This document shows, piece after piece, positions 7,848 through 15,691 of a DNA stretch of 27,615 nt; within the stretch, counting starts at the first letter, position 1, and the number at the start of each line of letters is the position of its first letter. Location of the stretch: IMG/VR virus record IMGVR_UViG_3300045996_003062, positions 69,551 through 97,165 of that record; one strand, 5' to 3'. This stretch comes from a virus. Its lineage: Duplodnaviria; Heunggongvirae; Uroviricota; Caudoviricetes. The position numbers and the translations under genes were made by a program. The notes beneath the pieces were generated by a model, which made no database searches, was not told where the DNA came from, and saw only the letters and a program-made list of their open reading frames with translations.

Positions 7848-8382
7848 CGGTCCCTCCCTTGCTCCCGCCGCGCTTCGAGGCAGGCTTCGGTACGGGAGGA
7901 CGTGAAGGCGCCGCGAGCGGAGGCGCCTCGCCTGTTCCTCCTACGGGTGCCGGGCGCGCTGCCTCGCGGCGGCCGTCAGGCACCCGTTGCACCTCTCGCC
8001 CCGCTTCTCCATCCCCAGCAGCCGGTTCCCGCAGGCCGTGCAGGTCGGCGAAGTTTCGGTCTTCATGGTCGTCTCCATCGGATATGGTGTCGTCGCGCAG
8101 CTCCGCGGCTTGGGCCTCTAGGGCGTCGGCCTCTTCCCGCGCCCGCTTCAACCTCGCGGCTGCGGCTCGCTCACACAGGTCCGCCAGCACCTCGCGCCAG
8201 TTGTCGGGCGGGCCGTAGCCGATGGCTTCGGGTGCGTACCACCGCTGGATGAGGTTGTCCGACCGCTGGAAGGCGGCGGAGACTTCGCGCAAGGTGATCC
8301 TGTTGTCGTAGGCGCGGCGAGCGGCAAGCCCGAAGGCCGCCTTCTGCTTCTCGCGCTCCACTGGGTCGACTCGTTTGGGCAT
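7840..8382 (-). CDS. HTH transcriptional regulator with coiled coil (180 aa as read; C-terminal 80 aa low complexity)
   Basis: ITLREVSAAFQRSDNLIQRW helix-turn-helix followed by LADLCERAAAARLKRAREEADAL; lies in the operon left of the 8720-8806 promoter pair. Confidence 0.75.
   Translation of the reverse strand: MPKRVDPVEREKQKAAFGLAARRAYDNRITLREVSAAFQRSDNLIQRWYAPEAIGYGPPDNWREVLADLCERAAAARLKRAREEADALEAQAAELRDDTISDGDDHEDRNFADLHGLREPAAGDGEAGREVQRVPDGRREAARPAPVGGTGEAPPLAAPSRPPVPKPASKRGGSKGGTDG
7941..8066 (-). CDS. Nested 41-aa zinc-finger ORF (not in ORF track)
   Basis: Hand translation MKTETSPTCTACGNRLLGMEKRGERCNGCLTAAARQRARHP*; GGAG 6 nt before ATG; two CxxC; different frame inside 7840..8382. 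Confidence 0.5.
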   Translation of the reverse strand: MKTETSPTCTACGNRLLGMEKRGERCNGCLTAAARQRARHP

Positions 8383-8414
8383 CCCTTCAGGATGCCGCTC
8401 CGCCGCTGCTGGTG

Positions 8415-8501
8415 TCAAGCGATCCTCCCGGTCTCCCCCGTGGCCCGCTCTTCGAGATCGAGCCGCATCAGCATGTCGTCGGTAAGGAGGACGGCGCTCA
8501 T
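8415..8501 (-). CDS. 28-aa peptide MSAVLLTDDMLMRLDLEERATGETGRIA
   Basis: ATGA overlap with stop of 8498..8680; fills the gap to the HTH gene. Confidence 0.45.
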   Translation of the reverse strand: MSAVLLTDDMLMRLDLEERATGETGRIA

Positions 8502-8680
8502 GCTGGGAACACACGGTGGCCGACTTCCGAAACGAGCCCGGCGGCGGTCAGCTCAGCAAGCGCCGGATGCTTGGAACTGTGGATCACCTGCCACTCGATT
8601 CCGCCGTGGTAGCGGATAGTGTCCAACAGTTCGCGGGCTGCACCGCTCAGGGCCACCGCCGTTGCCGTCGTCGCACTCAT
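8498..8680 (-). CDS. Small possible winged-HTH protein (60 aa), first gene of the leftward operon
   Basis: GAGGA RBS; ALAELTAAGLV motif; directly downstream of the leftward promoter. Confidence 0.7.
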   Translation of the reverse strand: MSATTATAVALSGAARELLDTIRYHGGIEWQVIHSSKHPALAELTAAGLVSEVGHRVFPA

Positions 8681-8731
8681 CGTGACCCGTCCTCGTGTCA
8701 GAGAGCCCCGCCACTTACCCTCACGCCCTCC

Positions 8732-8760
8732 AACCTAATCGGATTAGTTGTGGTGGTCAA
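8732..8760 (-). promoter_or_regulatory. Leftward sigma70-type promoter PL1
   Basis: Minus strand TTGACC-N17-TAGGTT; spacer and -10 overlap the palindrome CTAATC-G-GATTAG (8735-8747). Confidence 0.8.
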
Positions 8761-8765
8761 CCCCC

Positions 8766-8794
8766 TTGACATATACTTTCGGAGCGAGTAGGTT
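8766..8794 (+). promoter_or_regulatory. Rightward sigma70-type promoter PR1
   Basis: TTGACA (8766-8771)-N17-TAGGTT (8789-8794). Confidence 0.85.
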
Positions 8795-8843
8795 CTCCAT
8801 CGTGAGTGATGCGGGCGGTGGTTCCCCAGCACGGAGACGAACG

Positions 8844-9392
8844 ATGACAGGCAAGTCCTCTCTCACGCACCTGCACCCCGGCCAGCGCGGTACCACGTCG
8901 GGGTTTCCGGCCACGGTGATTCGTCACTACAGCGATGGCATGTACGAGGTCCGCGTTCCCGGCGGCGTGACGTGCATCCCCGCCTCCGACTTCATCCCCG
9001 AGACTCCCTCGCCGGAGGTGCTGGCGGCGAAGGACGAGCTTCTGGAGGCGCTAGGTCAGGCCGCTGCGGGTGATCCGGCGGGTGAGTTCGTACGCGGGTA
9101 TGGCCGCGAGGATGTCACCTACGAGACGTGGTACTCCCCGTGGATGAAGCAGTTGGCGCAGAACTACACGAGGGCCGAGTTGCACCGGATGCTGGCGACC
9201 GCGATGGGGGAAGGGGCCCGCGCGGCGCGCTCCCATCTCCGGACGATCCAGCGCACCCACTCCATGACAAGCAACTCGATGGCTCGCGCCCACGCCGGGA
9301 ATGTCACGGCAGCGGCGGGTGAGAAGCAGATCGCCATGCGCGGTGCCCTGGAGATCCACGACCTGTTCCCGGAGCACGCCCGAGCCGCCTGA
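8844..9392 (+). CDS. Hypothetical protein (182 aa), first gene of rightward operon 1
   Basis: GGAG 7 nt before ATG 8844; N-terminal small beta domain then helical region. Confidence 0.8.
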   Translation: MTGKSSLTHLHPGQRGTTSGFPATVIRHYSDGMYEVRVPGGVTCIPASDFIPETPSPEVLAAKDELLEALGQAAAGDPAGEFVRGYGREDVTYETWYSPWMKQLAQNYTRAELHRMLATAMGEGARAARSHLRTIQRTHSMTSNSMARAHAGNVTAAAGEKQIAMRGALEIHDLFPEHARAA

Positions 9393-9400
9393 TGCCTTCT

Positions 9401-9428
9401 CCCGCCCCTCATCTCCCGGAGGGGCGGG
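9401..9428 (+). terminator. 10-bp GC hairpin after the first rightward gene
   Basis: CCCGCCCCTC-N8-GAGGGGCGGG; no U-tract, so it may be a pause or stability element. Confidence 0.45.
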
Positions 9429-9450
9429 GCACCTGAACCTGAGCGAGCGG

Positions 9451-9639
9451 ATGATGAGCCTCTGGGCCGATTCGATGGTGGGGCGCGCCACAGTAGCGCG
9501 GCTGGTCGCGCGCGCGACGCGCGAGGGGAGGACTCTGTCGGAGTTCGGGCGCCGATACCGCGAGGAGCGCGGCTGGGGTTGCGTGCACACGCAGGCGCTA
9601 CTCGCGTCGTGGGCAGATGCTTCCGTAGTGGCAGGCTGA
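9451..9639 (+). CDS. Hypothetical protein (62 aa)
   Basis: Stop TGA overlaps next ATG (TGATG); weak RBS. Confidence 0.5.
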   Translation: MMSLWADSMVGRATVARLVARATREGRTLSEFGRRYREERGWGCVHTQALLASWADASVVAG

Positions 9640-10115
9640 TGGAACCGCTCGTCGGGGTGTTCGCCAAGGACTGCGGCTGCGCGACCCACGATGGGCCCCA
9701 CTGGCTGCACATCGACGCGTGGGAGCGTGGGGTCAACCGCGCGGAGTTGGAGGCGGCCATGGCCGCCCTCTCAGGGGCCTGCGACGTCCACGTAGCGACT
9801 AGTGCCGAAGCGCGCCTGCTCGCCGTGGCCGGGGCGGAGGCCCGGCGGCTGTCGGCGAAGGCGACGGAGATGGAACGCCGGGGGATCACCGATATCCCGG
9901 ACGAGGTGATACGCGCGATCGCAGCGAGTGAGGACGCGTATCTACGGCGACTAGCGGACAAGCGGGACGGCGAGAAGCGCCGCGCCGTGGTGAGGGCGGA
10001 GGAGCGGTTGCGAGAGGCAGCGACGGAGTGGGAGGTGGTCGGGCCGGAAGAACGGCGTCGTCTTCAAGTCGAGATGGCGACGCTCCAACAGGACCTTGCG
10101 AGGACCGATCAGTGA
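9639..10115 (+). CDS. Hypothetical protein with N-terminal CGC..H..HW motif and coiled coil (158 aa)
   Basis: TGATG coupling; DCGCATHDGPHWLH. Confidence 0.75.
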   Translation: MEPLVGVFAKDCGCATHDGPHWLHIDAWERGVNRAELEAAMAALSGACDVHVATSAEARLLAVAGAEARRLSAKATEMERRGITDIPDEVIRAIAASEDAYLRRLADKRDGEKRRAVVRAEERLREAATEWEVVGPEERRRLQVEMATLQQDLARTDQ

Positions 10116-10495
10116 CCCGGGATGGAGCACGAGCGATGGTGACGGAGCTTTACGAGCGGCGGGGCAGCGAGATCAAGCCGGGCCACGTCAGATGCCGAGC
10201 GTGCCTCCGCCAGATGCGCCGCCACGCTCTCGCCATGGCGGCGCACGGCAAGAAGCACGTCGCAGCGGGCGAGGCGACCACCGAACTGGACCTGTCGAGC
10301 GACCACGGCCCGCGCACCGTCTACATGCTGGCCCCGCTTCGCTCCGGCGCCGACGTCTCGGCCGAGGCCGTCGCCGCTCAGCACGCCGCGGCCGACGCCG
10401 CTTGCGGACGGGACTGGATCACTGGCGGCTGCACCTGCGGGGCCTGCGTCGTCGTGCGTGAGGCCAAGCACGGCGTGCCCAACCCGCGGCGCTGA
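10112..10495 (+). CDS. C2H2-like zinc-finger protein (127 aa; alternative start ATG 10136)
   Basis: CRAC-x13-HGKKH and C-terminal CTCGAC; GTGA coupling. Confidence 0.75.
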   Translation: MTRDGARAMVTELYERRGSEIKPGHVRCRACLRQMRRHALAMAAHGKKHVAAGEATTELDLSSDHGPRTVYMLAPLRSGADVSAEAVAAQHAAADAACGRDWITGGCTCGACVVVREAKHGVPNPRR

Positions 10496-10554
10496 CCACA
10501 GCACATCGCGTCCCTCTCCGGGGGCGCTCCCCACCCATGGAAGACGAGGGCGAG

Positions 10555-10758
10555 ATGGCGACCTGCACGACCTGCGGGAACGACCGCTGGATCTACAGCG
10601 AACGCACGCCGGTGCGGGCCCCGTGCCCCACCTGCACGAACGGGTGGCCTCGGGAGCGCGGCGAGCCGATCACGCTGCGAGCGCCCTACGGCAGCGGACC
10701 GGCGGAGGCCGTTGGCGGCAACGTGCCGCGGCTCCACGACCACAAGGAGGATCAGTGA
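10555..10758 (+). CDS. Zinc-ribbon protein (67 aa; alternative start 10537)
   Basis: CTTC...CPTC; GAGG upstream; stop coupled to next gene. Confidence 0.7.
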   Translation: MATCTTCGNDRWIYSERTPVRAPCPTCTNGWPRERGEPITLRAPYGSGPAEAVGGNVPRLHDHKEDQ

Positions 10759-10949
10759 CCACGACGCAGCGGAGCGAGGCGTACACGCTGACGGGCGAGG
10801 CGCGGGACCGTGCGGCCGCCGCGGCGCGCCGGTGCTTCCGAGGCCGCTTCGACCACGACGCCGAGCCCGTGGTTCACACCACCGTCAGCGGTGACGGCGT
10901 GTGGGTCGAGGGCCTGGTGTTCGTCTCTGCTGAGGAGATGGCTTCGTGA
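10755..10949 (+). CDS. Hypothetical protein (64 aa)
   Basis: AAGGAGG RBS; GTGA coupling; DGVWVEGLVFV motif. Confidence 0.75.
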   Translation: MTTTQRSEAYTLTGEARDRAAAAARRCFRGRFDHDAEPVVHTTVSGDGVWVEGLVFVSAEEMAS

Positions 10950-11476
10950 GCGTTCTGGACGAGATGAGGGCAGAACTCGCCGACGTGGAAGCGCGGATCG
11001 CGCGGCTGGAGGGACGTCGCCCCGCCGACGACGGGATGACCGCAGCGTTCCACCTCGGGCGCGTCGGCGGGAGCGGGAACCGGCGCGCGATCGGCCGGCT
11101 GAATGCGCGCCACGCGGCGGCTGTCGAGCGGTTGGTGGACCTCAGTGTGGCGCTGGTGCCGCTCTACCAGGAGCGCGACGGGCTGCGGCGGCAGCTAACC
11201 GACGAGGAGAGCGGGAAGGCGGGGCGGCGGCGGACAGCAGAGGACGAGCGCGACCGACTGTTGGTCGCGGCCTTCATGGACGCGGGGGTCGGCGACACGA
11301 TCCGCGTGGCGACGTTCGGCTGGAGCGGGACCGTCACGCGGAAGAACCGGCTGTCGCTCTCGATCGACGGCGGCTCGCTCTGGCCCATCGCCGATGTCAC
11401 CGGCCTCACGTCCAAGCGGGCCCGCGCCATCCTGGAGGAGCTGGAAGCGGAACGGCGAGAGGGGTGCGCCGCATGA
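10946..11476 (+). CDS. Coiled-coil protein with C-terminal SH3/KOW-like domain (176 aa)
   Basis: GAGGAG RBS; GTGA coupling; VGDTIRV...GTVTRKNRLSL. Confidence 0.8.
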   Translation: MSVLDEMRAELADVEARIARLEGRRPADDGMTAAFHLGRVGGSGNRRAIGRLNARHAAAVERLVDLSVALVPLYQERDGLRRQLTDEESGKAGRRRTAEDERDRLLVAAFMDAGVGDTIRVATFGWSGTVTRKNRLSLSIDGGSLWPIADVTGLTSKRARAILEELEAERREGCAA

Positions 11477-12000
11477 AACGCCTGCATCGTGGCACCACGT
11501 TCAACGTCCAGTACCGCGGCCCCGTGGTCGACGCCGGCCGTATGACGTACGAAGAGACGGAGAAGGCGGCGGGCGGTGCCGTTAGAGCGGCGGTCAGAGG
11601 ATGCGAGGTGCTGTTCGGGTCGGCGGTCGTGTGCGAGGCGTCGGCCGTCTTCATCCCCCGGGAAGGTCGGATCGCCGTCTCGGTGACCTGCACGGAGGAC
11701 GGACGCCGAGCGCTCGCGAAGGAGCGCGCCTTGGTCGAGGCGCTGACCGGCGCGATACAGCTGGCGGTTGCCAGCGTCGTATCCGAGCGCGACGGCCGAG
11801 CCAGGCGCCACCGCGTCGTGCGGACCGTCAGCGTCGGGATCATCCTCGGCGCTTCCGCCCTCGCGGTTCTGGCGGGCTACGCCTACCTGCACGGGATGGA
11901 GTACATGCCCCAGCGCCTCGCCCCTGTCGCCCTGTTCTACCTGGTGGTGGGCGTGGCCCTCTACCCCGAGAAGCGCGAGAGCGCGAAGGAGACGACGTGA
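11473..12000 (+). CDS. Membrane protein with two C-terminal TM helices (175 aa)
   Basis: ATGA coupling; hydrophobic VSVGIILGASALAVLAGYAYL and LAPVALFYLVVGVALY. Confidence 0.75.
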   Translation: MKRLHRGTTFNVQYRGPVVDAGRMTYEETEKAAGGAVRAAVRGCEVLFGSAVVCEASAVFIPREGRIAVSVTCTEDGRRALAKERALVEALTGAIQLAVASVVSERDGRARRHRVVRTVSVGIILGASALAVLAGYAYLHGMEYMPQRLAPVALFYLVVGVALYPEKRESAKETT

Positions 12001-12722
12001 CGAACGACGCGTACACGGCGCGAGTTCTGGAGAAGGTTGAGACACGTCCGGGATGCTGGCGCGGGCTGCGCGTCGGGGTCTTCCGCGGGGAGGAACAGGT
12101 CGGCGAGTACCAGCGTGGCTACGATGAGCTGTACAGGACGTTCTTCCCATTCGTACGAGGGGGAGTCTGGTACGCCCTCTACTCGGCGGCGTATACGAAG
12201 ACAAGCGTGATGCGGCTCCCGGAATGCGAGCCGGTCGGTGGCGAGACCGATGGACCGGGTGGGTTCTGCCCCGTGGACTACTACGTCCCCTCGTGGCGAT
12301 GGGTGCGCGATGGGAAGCTCTCTGGGTGCGGGCATGTCACGTACGTGGAGCACGACCACGAGCACGCCGACCTTCATGACGAGGCTGCGGTGAGGGCGGT
12401 GTCGGAGATCGGCGCCGAGGCGGACGTCGGGCCGGTGGAGTTCGCCCCGTTCGGCTTCGTCGCCGGCTGCGTTTGGGGAGACGATTCGTCGTGGAAGGTC
12501 CAGGTTCTCGACCTGCGCGATGCGTCCAACCCGGTGCGAACTGACGCTCTCGGCTACTTCGTTCTGCCGGATGGGATGGCGCTACGTGATGCCGTCCGGT
12601 TCGATGCGGGCACACGCACGTTCGCGATTGCGGAGGCCCGTCGCTACTCATACGCCACCGACGTGGCGCTCCTGCCACGTAGCGAAGAGCGTCCGACCCC
12701 AGCACCATGGAGCACCGGATGA
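11997..12722 (+). CDS. Conserved phage protein (241 aa)
   Basis: AAGGAG RBS; GTGA coupling; GGFCPVDYYVP...FGFVAGCVWGDDSSWK..LDL pattern recalled from soil-phage hypotheticals. Confidence 0.85.
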   Translation: MTNDAYTARVLEKVETRPGCWRGLRVGVFRGEEQVGEYQRGYDELYRTFFPFVRGGVWYALYSAAYTKTSVMRLPECEPVGGETDGPGGFCPVDYYVPSWRWVRDGKLSGCGHVTYVEHDHEHADLHDEAAVRAVSEIGAEADVGPVEFAPFGFVAGCVWGDDSSWKVQVLDLRDASNPVRTDALGYFVLPDGMALRDAVRFDAGTRTFAIAEARRYSYATDVALLPRSEERPTPAPWSTG

Positions 12723-12928
12723 GCAACGCAGCAGAGGGCGCGGCCCGGAGTCCGGAGCGGATCGCGGAGTTCCGCTACAACGCGCAGACCGCAGTGGACG
12801 ACCACGACTGGCGCAGCCTCGGCCACTGGATGCCCGAAGCGCTCGACGAGATCGAGCGTCTACAGGCCGAGGTGGCGCGGCTGGAGGCCGTCGTACGGGG
12901 CGAGGCGCCGCGGGCAGGCGACGGCTGA
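12719..12928 (+). CDS. Hypothetical protein with Ead/Ea22-like C-terminal heptad (69 aa)
   Basis: ATGA coupling; ALDEIERLQAEVARL. Confidence 0.75.
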   Translation: MSNAAEGAARSPERIAEFRYNAQTAVDDHDWRSLGHWMPEALDEIERLQAEVARLEAVVRGEAPRAGDG

Positions 12929-13010
12929 CCTCCACCGAGACGCGCACCGCGGTTCCGCCTGACGGCGGGGGCTGCCGCCCCGTGGACCTACACGAAGGAG
13001 AGGAGACCGC

Positions 13011-13277
13011 GTGAAGATCACGACAGGGGACATCGTTGAGGCCATCCAGCGGGACGCGGCCGAAGCGTCGGCGCTGGCCGAGATGGTGGACGAGCTCGCG
13101 GCGTACATGGTGACGCTGGCGGACGTGGTCGCGAACGTATCCGGCCCCGGTCGCTCGCTCGGCGAGGGAGGGCGCACCCGCGTAGACAAGGCGGTCGCGC
13201 TGCTGGGTCAACTTGGCTACGACCCGCGGCGGGCCACACACGCGCTCGCTCTCCGGGCGGAGGCGGTGAAGGCATGA
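13011..13277 (+). CDS. Helical hypothetical protein (88 aa)
   Basis: GAGGAG RBS before GTG. Confidence 0.75.
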   Translation: MKITTGDIVEAIQRDAAEASALAEMVDELAAYMVTLADVVANVSGPGRSLGEGGRTRVDKAVALLGQLGYDPRRATHALALRAEAVKA

Positions 13278-13495
13278 CCACGCGACGCATCCCCGACGGA
13301 ACTACGGTGTGCGTGGTCCGAGGAGGGGTCGTGGTCGAGGCCGTGGTGCTGGCCCGGCACGGCGCGACGCGTGTGTGGCCTGCGCACTCCCTCTACAGCG
13401 TCCGCCCGCTACGACCTGGCGCCTTCCCCATCTGGATACGTGCTGACCGGCTGGAGGCGGAGAACCCCGACAAGGTGACGGAGGTGGAGACGTGA
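13274..13495 (+). CDS. Small SH3-like protein, paralog A (73 aa)
   Basis: ATGA coupling; ends RLEAENPDKVTEVET. Confidence 0.75.
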   Translation: MTTRRIPDGTTVCVVRGGVVVEAVVLARHGATRVWPAHSLYSVRPLRPGAFPIWIRADRLEAENPDKVTEVET

Positions 13496-13704
13496 AGCGC
13501 GTTACGATGGGCCACGAGGTACGGGTGCAACTCGAAGGCGCGTGGGTCGACGGCACGGCGGTCGGCTGGTACTCGGACCGTCCGGACGCGCCGCCGTACT
13601 ACCGCGTCGTGGTCCGCTTCACCGACCGGTGGCAGGGAGTCGAGTGCATCGCGGCATCGGACCTTGAGTCGTGGAACCCCGACGAGGTGGTGGAGACCCC
13701 ATGA
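13492..13704 (+). CDS. Small SH3-like protein, paralog B (70 aa)
   Basis: GGAGG RBS; GTGA coupling; ends DLESWNPDEVVETP. Confidence 0.8.
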   Translation: MKRVTMGHEVRVQLEGAWVDGTAVGWYSDRPDAPPYYRVVVRFTDRWQGVECIAASDLESWNPDEVVETP

Positions 13705-13961
13705 AGCGTACGCCCCGTGAGCACCCCGACGACTACGTGGACGACGAGGGCGTCGTGCGCCGGCCGCTCCGTCGTCGCTCCGCCTCCCTCAGCCTGGACG
13801 ACGTGGCGAGGATCGCTGCCCGGCAGGGACCGGACTCGCCTGCGGCATGGGCCGCACGCACTGCCGCTGAGCTGGGCGACGGGTGTAGCTTTGAGGTAGA
13901 CGAGCAAGATGCGTGGATCGTGGAGCGAGGCGGGAACGAGCGAACCGAGGGGGAGTCGTGA
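13701..13961 (+). CDS. Hypothetical protein (86 aa), paralog of 14568..14783
   Basis: ATGA coupling; LDDVARIAARQGPDSPAAWA motif. Confidence 0.75.
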   Translation: MKRTPREHPDDYVDDEGVVRRPLRRRSASLSLDDVARIAARQGPDSPAAWAARTAAELGDGCSFEVDEQDAWIVERGGNERTEGES

Positions 13962-14575
13962 AGGACGACATGGAAGTTCATCTGGAGGTGGAACGCCTCC
14001 GGGCGAGGGTCGCCGCACTGGAGACCGAGAGGGCGGCGACCTATCGCGCCATCCGTCGCAAGGCGCCTGTGCTCGACGAGGCGGGGGCCCTGCCGACACT
14101 GGTGCGGTTCGCCATCTGGAGCGAGAGCGGTCTGGCGAACAAACGGGTGAGCGAACGCCCCTACGTCCGACTGGTCGAGAACGAGTTACTAGACGCTTCG
14201 GGCAAGCTCCGGAAGCTGCGGCTCCACTACGCGCGGCTGAAGGTCGCCCGCGACCGCTGCCTCAGTCGCGCGATCAAGGCCGAGGCGGCACTCCTCCGGG
14301 CTCAGGAAGGGGCGGCCGTCCGCGACCCGGACGAGGTCGCCGCCCACGGGGACGCACGGGCTTCGGGATTGGCGGCGAACCGGGCCAGGATGGAGCGCCG
14401 TCGCCGCGGAGCCAACCACCCGGATCGGGTCGCGCGCCGTGCCGAGATGCGCGCGTCAATGGAGGAAGCCGCCGCCGATCCCGAGTACGTGGCCGAGATG
14501 GAGCGGGAGAACGCGGTGTGGGACTGCACCGCAGGGGATGGACTCACCGAGTACGAGGTGCGAGGCGATGAGTGA
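13958..14575 (+). CDS. Coiled-coil protein with MazE9-like C-terminal tail (205 aa)
   Basis: GTGA coupling; ends MEEAAADPEYVAEMERENAVWDCTAGDGL. Confidence 0.8.
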   Translation: MKDDMEVHLEVERLRARVAALETERAATYRAIRRKAPVLDEAGALPTLVRFAIWSESGLANKRVSERPYVRLVENELLDASGKLRKLRLHYARLKVARDRCLSRAIKAEAALLRAQEGAAVRDPDEVAAHGDARASGLAANRARMERRRRGANHPDRVARRAEMRASMEEAAADPEYVAEMERENAVWDCTAGDGLTEYEVRGDE

Positions 14576-14783
14576 GCGGCGACCGAAGGCGCGGGTGGTG
14601 GAGCGGGCGACGCTGGAGCGCGTTGCGCGCGTCATGGGCCGAGGCAGCGGAGCCGCGCAGGCCATCGCGCACGCGGACCGGCAGGCGGAGCCCCAGGTCT
14701 TCCTCGACGTCGGTGGGACGTGGCTGGTGGTCCCCGCTTCCCATGTGGATGACGGACGCCTGAACGCGGTGCTCGGCGGATGA
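14568..14783 (+). CDS. Hypothetical protein (71 aa), paralog of 13701..13961
   Basis: GAGG RBS; LERVARVMGRGSGAAQA. Confidence 0.75.
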   Translation: MSERRPKARVVERATLERVARVMGRGSGAAQAIAHADRQAEPQVFLDVGGTWLVVPASHVDDGRLNAVLGG

Positions 14784-15172
14784 GCGAGGACACGACGCAG
14801 GTTCCCGAGCGGTGGACGGCGGACGAGATCAGGGTCGTACGCGCGGAGCTGGACGCCGCCCTGTCCGGCAAGGCGCACGACACCTGGGGCCTCTCCCACG
14901 CCGCCCTGTCGGCCGCCCTCGCCCGTCTCGCGCACCTGGAGGAGGAGAACGCCCGACTGCGGAAGGAGTACCGCCCGACGGAGATACGTCGCAGGAAGCG
15001 CAAGAACGGTAGTGAGCCGATAGACGAGGTGGTGGCGCACGGCTTCGTCCACCTGGAGGACATGGGGGTAGGCTGGTGGTACCTCGGCGTCTACACGACG
15101 GATGGGGAGCACATGCAGTTCCGGATCGAGAGTAAGCGGTGCATCCGGTACGACGGCGGCGGACCTGAGTGA
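14780..15172 (+). CDS. Phage hypothetical protein (130 aa)
   Basis: ATGA coupling; IDEVVAHGFVHLEDM..GWWYLG motif. Confidence 0.8.
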   Translation: MSEDTTQVPERWTADEIRVVRAELDAALSGKAHDTWGLSHAALSAALARLAHLEEENARLRKEYRPTEIRRRKRKNGSEPIDEVVAHGFVHLEDMGVGWWYLGVYTTDGEHMQFRIESKRCIRYDGGGPE

Positions 15173-15558
15173 GCACGACCGCCCGCTGCACGATCCTGTG
15201 CTGTGGCTCCCGTGACTGGACGGACGCCGAGGCCATCGGGGCCACGCTGGCCCGCCTCACGTCGACGGCGTACGAGCGTCGGCCCGTGACGGTGTACGTC
15301 GGCACCCGACCGGGAGCGGACGATCTGGTGCGGTCCGTCGTCGCGGAGCGGCTACCGGGCGTGACGCTGGCGGACACCCCGGAGCGGATGGACGTCGCCT
15401 CGCTCGACTACCTGCTGGCGTTCCACGCGGACTTCGCCGGCAGCGGCACAACCCGCCAGCTCGCGTCACGCGCTGTAGCGGCCAGGGTCACGGCGTACGT
15501 CCACGATGGGAAGGAGATGGTGCCGGCGGGACGGGTGCTGAACGTAGGGCGGTACTGA
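15169..15558 (+). CDS. SLOG-superfamily (YspA/DUF2493-like) protein (129 aa)
   Basis: ILCCGSRDWTD...GTRPGAD...LLAF...GSGTT pattern; the glycine loop is degenerate. Confidence 0.75.
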   Translation: MSTTARCTILCCGSRDWTDAEAIGATLARLTSTAYERRPVTVYVGTRPGADDLVRSVVAERLPGVTLADTPERMDVASLDYLLAFHADFAGSGTTRQLASRAVAARVTAYVHDGKEMVPAGRVLNVGRY

Positions 15559-15691
15559 CGACGGCGGCACTTGGCCACCCAACCCCGGGATGCGCGGGTG
15601 AAATTAAAGCCAACCACGCGCGCCGCAACGGATTAGCCCTGGCCATCCGAATGGATCACGCGAGCGCGCGCCGCGGGGGAGGGGATCGATC

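Noticed and set aside
7941-7943. Genome-wide TAG reassignment
   Set aside because: Other TAG codons (7379, 18920) end genes at normal operon junctions; a single in-frame amber is not evidence of recoding.
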